Part shown: one piece after another, positions 54,891 through 64,000 of the stretch | How positions within the stretch are numbered: the first letter of the stretch is position 1 | Layout: every line of letters begins with the position of its first letter | Source: Octopus vulgaris | Taxonomy: Eukaryota | Direction: 5' to 3' | Assembly (NCBI GenBank): GCA_951406725.2 | Contig: OX597826.1 | Span: 15,624,001 to 15,688,000, forward strand | DNA: 64,000 nt | Program-made: the position numbers and the translations under genes | The notes under the pieces: model-generated | The model's input: only the letters and a program-made list of their open reading frames with translations | What the model was told of the DNA's origin: nothing | Database searches by the model: none

Positions 54891-54896
54891 ACATAC

Positions 54897-55021
54897 ACGC
54901 GACGGGCTTCTTTCAGTTTCGGTCCGAGGCAATGGTAGTAGGCACATGCTCAAGATGCCACATAGTGAAACTGAACCCGGAACCATGAGACTGAGAAGCA
55001 AACTTCTTACAACACAACCAC
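54897..55021 (-). mobile_element. SINE family A fragment with internal deletions
   Basis: CGACGGGCTTCTTTCAGTTTC and CTGAACCCGGAACCATG. Confidence 0.8.
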
Positions 55022-56389
55022 TTGGACATTCTTTGTATATCCATTACACGACATATTATTCAAATAAATAATTTTAAATAATTCGAATACGGGGACACTG
55101 CTTGAACCTGAATGTCGAAAAAGTATTGATTGAAAAACGGACACATTTGCAGAAATTGTTTGAATACATTCAGAAATGCATATTATCATTTCTGACAAAT
55201 TGGACATTTTCATAGCCAGGAAGGAAATTAAGGTTTTTCTGCATTAAATTTCTTTGGTAAACATGAATATAATGCACTCTCTAGGAAGACATCAACGAAT
55301 TAGACAAAACATTAGCATATATACTTTGACGTTCGAAAATATCCTGCGGATACACACGCACACACAGGTATGTACGTACATATATATATATATATATTTG
55401 CCTACATCCGTACATAGTTATCATTTTTGCTTAACCTGAAACAATGTTATTGTAGATAGCAAATAAGTTATTTCATTTTCACAATATTGTTATTAAATTA
55501 TATAACGTGTATTTTTTGGTTTTATATTTGAGAATTACATCGTTGACGTTATGTTGTGAGGTAAATTTAAGCCTTACGATTGCAATTTGTTATCATAGTT
55601 TAGAAATGGATTTCATTTGAAACAGCCGGGTTACCAAAATATTGCGTTACTTTTGCGCATTAGGGATATATTCTGTGGCGAGCTTAACCCAGAAAAGGAA
55701 ACGAAGTTGTATTCAAGGATATGTAATAATCTTCATCTGCAGATTAGTTTCGAATGATAAAGCATTATACATAATAAATATTATAGCATACACGCTATGT
55801 CTCATAAATACAGAGCTTATGGTATTCTGGGTTCCAAGTATAATGTAACTATGGTGTAGACGTATTAAAAAAAATACTAAAATACGTAAAAGGAAATAAA
55901 GAAAACTAAAAAAGATTCACTTGTGTCTTCTGTGTTTGATCAAAGACGGAACTAAATGACAGTAATTATTTAAACTATCATTAATTGCAACATTTTTCCT
56001 AAGCTATACACACACACATGCATATATAGACAGATACATATATATTTATATTGACAATGTGGTATTTAGGCTTGTTGCTTACTTTGGCTGAGTATTATAG
56101 GAAATCTTTCTCAACGTCTCAGAACCCTTCACTTCTGAGAAATCGACTGTATGAATCAAAATAATCTGTGTTTGATGGAATTTGTTGGGGAGAAAATCCC
56201 TACATTTTAATTGTCATTTTTAATCCGCTTATTTTGAACATTTATTATTTGGGGCAAGTGTATAGCATTTACTATTTTGGATAACAGATTAACTTACTAT
56301 ATGCGCAGAAAATTTTATTAATTCATGAAACAGAAGCATATGATAGGACACTGACATTCAAACACTATAGTAAGTTTTTTAACAGAGAG

Positions 56390-57930
56390 CGCCATCGCTG
56401 CAATGCTCATTTTAATTTATGAGAAATAAGAAGGGTAATGGAAATTTTCTTTAAGTTAACAATATCATATACCAGAATATTAATAATTTTCATGACTTTG
56501 ATAATGTTGGGAAATTGCGTGCTTTATTAACGACAACATTTAATCTCTTTAATAATGATATTTCTTTTGTTGGAATGGGTGCTTCAATTGTTATGCGTCT
56601 TGAACTGTAAAGAGACGTGTGGAATTTCTCTGAGAAAACGATGAATATTTTTCATGCATTTTCTATGGCATCCTACTGTGAAGAACTGCTGGCATAATTA
56701 GAATTTACTAAAATGCATTTGATTTAAAACGATTTCTTCAATCTAATCAGGTTTCTATTCGTTTGCTGCTCAATTCTCTCGACACATTCTCCCAGTCATA
56801 AAGGTATTGGAGTTATCTTTCTTCTCCGAAGATCAATGTTGCGTCACTTCGATTTAGTATTTCAACTTCAATGTTAATTGGTTCCAATGCTGACACAACG
56901 ACCTGCGTAGCTTTAATTTCATTCTCGTAAAAGTTCAAGAGGTTAATTCATATCGATCATTAAGATTTGCGCTGCATCTTTCAAGGACAAAGAATTACTC
57001 TAACAATGCAAATACAACATTTCATCTTGTTTTAGTATCATTGATTAATTGCAATGTGTGATCATATTCCTTTTTAACATATTTCTGAAGTATTTCATAT
57101 CTTGTCGGAGACCTACAAAGTGAGCTCAGAATTATTCTCCCTGTTAAAATTGACTTCACTAAAGTCTAAAATATTTTCAATGCGAAATGTTTTCTGCAAT
57201 TAGAGCTGATTCACTAAGTTCAGCTTACAGAAAATCGACATAACAAAATTATTCGTAATTGTGGAACCTATACTTTGACCCTCATTCTCCGATATATCTT
57301 GAAAAATGTCACCATAATGACAGATTTGTGTATAAAGAATATCACCAACAGTCAAATGACTTCTTTTAAATAGCACAACTGATGCATACATTTAGCACTT
57401 TAAACAAATATAGCCATGTACCTGCTATAGCCATGTACCTGCTATAGCATGTGCAATTTCAGATATTCAGAACGGACTGTATCTTAAACCTAACTTATTG
57501 TCTGCAGTAAGTTGCAAAGATTCTAATCATTCTTAAACTCATGAATTTGCTTGATTAATTTACATTTCCAGTCAAATATTTGCGATTACGTAAGCACAAA
57601 CATATATGTTAAACTACAGAAAAACAATTGATCACTTCGCTTTTCCTTTTCCATTAATCATGATTTTCTCTCAAATTAAGTTTAAGTACGTTGAAACAGA
57701 ATCGTTCCATTGCAAAAACGAAACTTTATTCCCTATTTGTTAAGAAATATATTTCAAAATATTATTTTCATGGAAAATCCATCAGTAATGCTCCCTTGGA
57801 TATGTCTTATTCTAAAGTTAACATTTTCTTCCTTTTCTTCAAATGACAGCAAGTGTCATTTTCTTCAGATGACAGTAAGTGTCATTTGCTGTTCGTCGAC
57901 ACAATCGAAGTGGTTCGTCTTCCACTCACT
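56390..57930 (-). mobile_element. hAT transposase pseudogene (hATx-like)
   Basis: RSPTRYEILQKYVKKEYDHTLQLINDTKTR*NVVFALLE*F; VVSALEPINIEVEILNRSDATL; NFPTLSK. Confidence 0.85.
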
Positions 57931-58011
57931 CATTCTTCGTATATATATATATCTATAAGGAAAATAAGACAAGGTAGAAAATGCTAAAATAATTTTATCA
58001 TTAAGAACTTT

Positions 58012-58048
58012 TTAGTACTGGTTTCAGTCATTGCAACTTTTTCAGCTT

Positions 58049-58050
<2 letters not shown>
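58012..58050 (-). ncRNA. Degenerate minimal hammerhead motif
   Basis: Minus: UAAG-CUGAAAA-AGUU-gcaau-GACU-GAAAC-CA-GUA/CUAA in a ~95-bp insert between TA and CA runs; positions 3 and 8 are unpaired. Confidence 0.45.
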
Positions 58051-58113
<63 letters not shown>

Positions 58114-58133
58114 CATATATATATATACATACA

Positions 58134-58529
58134 CTAGCAGTATCGCCCGGTGTTGCTCGGGTTTCTAAGGGAAATAACTATATAAGCATTTTTAGAGAGT
58201 TATAGCCAAAAAATAGGAAAAAAATGCATTAAAAATGGAAAAAAATTAAGGTAAATTTCGTTTTAAATCGTTGACACATCGTAGATATTTTCAGAGAGTT
58301 ACTTCCCTTATATAATAGCGAAAAAAATGCATTAAAATGGAAAAATATGATGGTAAATTTTTTTAAATCGTAGACTCATCGTAGACGCGCGCTAATACCC
58401 AGAAGGGCTCGATATGACTCACGACTATAAGATACCCGGTTTTGGTTACTATGCACCGCAAAATGTGGGAGTAGTTAGGAATCTAAATCGTATGAGACAG
58501 ACACACAACTTCACTCTTATATATAAAGA
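58134..58529 (-). mobile_element. Non-autonomous Helitron
   Basis: Minus strand begins A|TC and ends CTAG|T, with GC-rich hairpin CCCG-agcaacac-CGGG about 8 nt before CTAG; no TSD. Confidence 0.8.
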
Positions 58530-58878
58530 TATAAGCCACGTAGTTATATACACATACTTTGTTATATACGCATTCTTAAAAGAAAATGTTATTTTGAATA
58601 CAACATTTATAAAGAATAAAATATTTTTTGGTTTTTCTTAACCCTTTCGTTACTATATTTCTGACCAAAATACACCCCTTATGTGTTTCAATTAATTTCT
58701 AACGTAATCATAAATTTAGTCTGGTTTCATTAAACAACTATAACTTTTTTATTTATCAATATATTAATGTGATTTTTGGAAGATAATTTAATGAAATGTC
58801 CTCAACCAATTCTATACTATAATTTTTGTCACAAAGTGACTCTAATTGCAGGTAGATACAGGTAAATTCAACAATATA

Positions 58879-59452
58879 TAAAATTATTAAAATTTTGTTC
58901 AAACATCGCTATAGAAAATGGGTTATTAGCTAATATTCAATTGGGTATACAACAAAAGTTTACGATAGAATTTGTTATTCTGGGTAACTTTCTGTAAAAT
59001 TATTAAAATTTTGTTCAAACATCGCTATAGAAAATGGGTTATTAGCTAATATTCAATTGGGTATACAAAAAAATTTTACGATAGAATTTGTTATTCTGGG
59101 TAACTTTCTGTAAAATTATTAAAATTTTGTTCAAACATCGCTATAGAAAATGGGTTATTAGCTAATATTCAATTGGGTATACAAAAAAATTTTACGATAG
59201 AATTTGTTATTCTGGGTAACTTTCTGTAAAATTATTAAAATTTTGTTCAAACATCGCTATAGAAAATGGGTTATTAGCTAATATTCAATTGGGTATACAA
59301 CAAAATTTTACGATAGAATTTGTTATTCTGGGTAACTTTCTGTAAAATTATTAAAATTTTGTTCAAACATCGCTATAGAAAATGGGTTATTAGCTAATAT
59401 TCAATTGGGTATACAACAAAATTTTACGATAGAATTTGTTATTCTGGGTAAC
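58879..59452. repeat. 116-bp tandem repeat, ~5 near-identical copies
   Basis: AAATTATTAA recurs at 58881, 58997, 59113, 59229 and 59345; I saw only two variable positions. Confidence 0.97.
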
Positions 59453-59972
59453 GTTTCGTTTCTGCCGTAATGATTTCAAATGGGCTCATTCGAAAAAGTA
59501 AATAGAAATAGTCTAAGGCTTTACTCTTCTGGGAAAGTCTGTGGCTTGGTGCAGTTTCTTCAGAAAAATCACCGAAAGAAACAGTTTTTAAATTTTCACT
59601 CCATTCAGGTACCAATTCGTTTTCTTTATCGATGTCGGACTCACTGTTTTCACTTTAATAGCTGCAAACTTGCAAAGACAAAGGGGGAGAAGGGTGATAG
59701 CGTCAGTGAAACAATTCGCTCCCTTTGTGTGTGTGTGCGTTTGCGTGTGGTGTAAACCACATTAAGAAAAACATTTGACATACACACCAGAATGTGAGTT
59801 TTCTGTAAATTTTGCTTAATTGGAGTTTAAATTTTAAAAACTGGACCTGGCATGACCCGATGCATTCTACTCTTAAAAATGCTAGGTAAATTGTAATTGA
59901 AGAAATCCTATATTGTAGATTTCTATAACTTACAAAGGGAGGCAGATAAAATCTGCCTTTTATAATAAGAGA
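59453..59972 (-). mobile_element. Possible Helitron 5' portion
   Basis: Minus strand begins A|TCTCTTATTATAAAAG, similar to the 58529 end, followed by hairpin GGCAGAT..ATCTGCC; no 3' CTAG end identified. Confidence 0.4.
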
Positions 59973-60576
59973 TATATATATATGCATGTATGTATGTATG
60001 TGTATTTGAGTGTGTGTGTATAGACATATATAGATAGACAGATACAAATATATACACATGCATAGAAAAACATATCTACATATATGTATATAAGCATATG
60101 TAAATGCATACACCTCCCAATTTATGAAGAAAGTGTTTTGTGAACAATCCTCAAGCGATCATTAAAAATGCTAATTGACACTTCCAGGCATTTTATAAAA
60201 TTATTGCTGATATATTTGGTCTTAAATATTGCAGTGGAAAATTCCAAAGCAAAAGAATACACTTTCCGAAAAGTTCGGATTACAATTTACTTCATATTTC
60301 GAGAATCTTTAAGAACGAATGATCGTTGAAAAGCAGATTTCACTTAACGTCTGATAAAATAGCTATATAGAAATAGGTACATTTGCTTTAAAATAAAATA
60401 AAACAAATTATAATTAACACAAAGTGAGTTGGTTAATTTTGCCAGCTACGGAATCAGAAGTCTGCGTCTCTTCAGTGATCAAATATTAGTTCCCAACAAA
60501 ACTCACATAACTTCTGTTGAAAAACCTCTTCTAACAATAAATAGTAATATGGAGCGATGTCATTCGACACTTGATG

Positions 60577-60879
60577 CCATCCAACCAAAATGCAAATATA
60601 TGGGAAACTACCCCCTGTGTCATCTCTTGTGAAAGGTAGGAGAGTCCAGTTTGCTGGACATTGTTGTAGAGCTGAAAAAGAGGTAATTTCTACTCTTCTC
60701 CTCTGGAAGCCATCTACTCGCAATACCAGAGGGCGCACACTCTCCTACCCTGATGTAATCTCCAGGGATACAGGCATCCAGCAACAGGACCTCCGTAATG
60801 CCATGATGGACCGTGAAGTCTGGCGTAGCATTGTAAATTCCATTGTTTCGACCACGGTCGAACAATGATGATAATGATG
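60577..60879 (+). mobile_element. RTE-type LINE 3' end, 5'-truncated, apparently young
   Basis: Open frame HPTKMQIYGKLPPVSSLVKGRRVQFAGHCCR..AMMDREVWRSIV; terminal hairpin TCGACC-AC-GGTCGA; (ATG)n tail. Confidence 0.88.
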
Positions 60880-61229
60880 GTTGGACTACTTTACTAGTGT
60901 TAAATTGCATCTGAAAAATACAGTGATTGATGTCTTCTTTATATATCGTATTAATATTGGCGCTTTGCAGCGTTACTTCAGTAGTTGGAGAATACTGTAC
61001 AAATGAACATCATAACCCATATTTTTCATATGTATTACTTAAGGTATTAATTATATACTAAGGAAAAGTTTGGTTTAGCTTCCAAAATTTGAGTAGGTCA
61101 CTTGCATCTAGGCATCCTTGCATGCAGTAGTAAAAGAGGTACACTATTTCATGTGAAAGCTAAATGAAAATTTTCATAATTAAGTTTAAGGTGATGCTTA
61201 ATCAGCTTTTTCCTTGCAAGATTTATATG

Positions 61230-61460
61230 GAAGAAAGGGTGCAGATTTGACATATAAGATTTTTCGTGTATTTCAGTATCTTTGATTTCCTGAAATGAAA
61301 CTCCTCAAGATTGCAGATCTTACTGGAGGAACAGGAGTCTCTTGAGACAGAGACTTGGAAGCGTGTTTTGTAGTTATGAACCTTGTATCATGTCCTCTCT
61401 GAAATACTAGCCTAAGCCATGAACATTCGATTATCAAAATGCTTAAGAGATTCCTTAAAG
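61230..61460 (+). mobile_element. hAT dimerisation-domain relic
   Basis: FPEMKLLKIA..VS*DRDLEACFVVMNLVSCPL*NTSLSHE parallels FP..LLKIA..VSSA.CERGFS.MNL...LRNSL. Confidence 0.55.
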
Positions 61461-62608
61461 TGTATATTCAACATTAACTTTGTGAACCCTTTGCAAATTT
61501 TTGGTCTTGTTAGCCGTCTTCGTGATTTTCAAAACTGATGATTGATGTCAAAATTATATGCTACGTATGTCATCAAATATTTTAAACAAATCAAGGCTAA
61601 TCAACCATGTAATTGTCCATAATAAGATTGCAGTCAAAACTATTGTGGACATGCCTGCAATAAAAAAAGTGACTATGCTCGAATTATGAAGAGAAGAATT
61701 GATGGAGAACCAATTATAGAGGACGGGAATCGCTTTATGTGAGATGTAACACATACATATATAAATACGAGAAAACAAACTTTACGGCTGATTCAACGAT
61801 TCAGTAAATGATTAATGCTAATTATGCAAGCAGGTCTATAGAATGAAGCAATATTACACATAAGAAATAAGCAAAAGTCTGTTTTTTCTAAACTTGCATG
61901 AACCTTGATATGTATCTTCATGTAGGAAAAATCGAAAATATTACGCAGAACAGTGAATGGTAAATGCAGTCGTAGTTGGTCACATATTCATGATAAATAT
62001 TCATGATAAATACAGTCATCGATAAAATAGACAAAAGAAGAAAGGGATAATTATGAATATCGAGGTGAATATGGGGTAAGGTGTAAGGAGAAAGAACGGG
62101 AAATAGAGAGGAAAATGTTATAAAAATGTGAGGAATAGGAGAGAAGGGGAAAATAGAAAACAAAAACCAAAAAGGAAAAAAAGAAGTGAAAGTGAAAGGA
62201 AAGAAACAATGAAAACCGAATGAAAGAGAACTTTGTGATGCTTGGGCATAAAAGGAAAGGTTGTAAAACTAAGTATGGGGGGCGTCGACTGGAGAGACGG
62301 GATGAAAGGAAGTATATTAAAAAGAAAAAATGGAATGCCATATAAAACAAGTTTCCTACGGTGTAAGTGAAGCAGTGTAAACTGATGGCAACCTGGTTAA
62401 ATATCAGTGTCAGATGCATTTATGCAAGAATTGGGAAACTCTAAGAATAAAAGTATCAAAATGAATTTAAAAAGACGAATTATAAAACAGATATTACGCA
62501 TGTAAAAGCAAAGTATGAATTCGAATTAAAGTAGTGAAAAATTCTTACTAGAGAATGTAGCAGATATAAGCACATATAAGGAAAATTGATAAAAGCAAGG
62601 TCGAAAAA

Positions 62609-62668
<60 letters not shown>

Positions 62669-63301
62669 TTGTATCTATATAAGAAGATTAGAGAAAGTCA
62701 GTTCATGGTAAACAGAAAATGGTTTGAAAATCTATGTGGACAGAACGGGATTACATCGTAAGCTTTATAATGGTGAACATACTTATTCTCACGAAATGTC
62801 TCAAGGGATCCCGTGCTGAAAAGTTTCATGCGCCCTCACTAATAAGATCACCCAGAGAGAAGCGATAAACAATGGACGTTGAAATGATGGATATAATTCG
62901 ATGAAGTAATAGAATACGTGAAGGTTGCGGTACATAACATATCTGTCATGTAAAGCCTCTTAAAATCATTAGATGTTATGTATATTTTGGCGTAAATGTA
63001 TTTTAGTGGTGGTACAATTATAAACAACACTATATCACAAACAATCACCACTCAAATAGCAAGGCAATTAATACTTAATCGACAATTATATTTCTTGTTG
63101 TCACGAGTAAAGTTCATTACAATATTTATCTAGTCATTCCTGCGAGAAGATTCATCATCATCATCATCATTATTATTATTGAAGTTACTATTATCGTGAT
63201 TATTACAACAATCATTATTGCCATTATATATCATTTTATATTCACATACATATATATGAGTGTATATATGTATATATATATATATTTATATATATATACA
63301 C

Positions 63302-63708
63302 TTACTCTTTTAATTGTTTCAGTCATTTGACTGCAGCCATGCTGGAGCAACACCTTTAGTTCAGCAAAGCGACCCAGGACTTATTTTTTGTAAGCCTAGT
63401 ACTTATTATATCGGTCTCTTTTGCCGAGCCACTAAGTTACGGGGACGTAAACACACCAGTATCGGTTGTCAAGCGAAGTTGGGGGGACAAACAGAGACAC
63501 ACAAACACACACACCTATATATATACATATATATATATATACATATATATATATACATATACATATATACGACGGGCTTCTTTCAGTTTCCGTCTACCAA
63601 ATCCACTCACAAAGTTTTGGTCGGCTCGAGGCTATAGTAGAATAGATTTGCCCAAGGTGCCACGCAGTCGTACTGAACCCGGAAGCATGTTGCTGGAAAG
63701 CAAGCTAT
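63302..63708 (-). mobile_element. SINE family A, nearly full length
   Basis: Reverse complement of 21863-22265 except for the first ~20 nt. Confidence 0.92.
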
Positions 63709-64000
63709 TTATTTAATTTTATTTGCCATAAAGAAAGTACATAGAGTAGCTGCGAGCTGGACAAGTACATTAATGAATGAAAATGAAATAAAATGAATAA
63801 ATGAGAGACGAAACCCAACGCCCGCCGATTGGATTTTTCTCGAAAACATATTCTTTTTTTAAAACTCAACATGAGTTTTCAAACCTCTAGCAAAAAGGAG
63901 GCACTAAAACCTCTTATTTAACATGATTTTCTTTTTAAAAACATAATTGAGGTTATAAACCACTACAAATAAGGCAAAAATATGAGGTTTCAAACCCTCT

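Noticed and set aside
58879-59452. Possible CRISPR-like array
   Set aside because: Whole units repeat with no unique spacers, and the context is eukaryotic.

Overview
AT-rich, microsatellite-dense eukaryotic DNA that reads as intergenic or intronic. The SINE families and (TA)n/(CA)n/(TACA)n density suggest a coleoid cephalopod, probably Octopus (inference). I found no credible host protein-coding gene: the ORF track consists of microsatellite translations and transposon fragments. The window is mostly decayed transposable elements: RTE LINEs, R4/Dong-like LINEs, three Penelope-like elements (PLEs), a Gypsy fragment, two mariners, four hAT relics, Helitron-like elements, a MITE and three tRNA-derived SINE families. 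The main unexpected signal is a set of unrelated short non-coding elements, mostly bounded by (TA)n, each carrying a minimal type I hammerhead ribozyme (HHR) fold, usually with a palindromic stem III. These include a canonical HHR in a 399-nt partial tandem (retrozyme-like, 12225-12840), a fold with the rare G3-C8 core swap (43873-43922), and a PLE 3' end carrying a tRNA-like module upstream of its HHR (9022-9353). All folds and translations were done by eye; ribozyme activity is untested.
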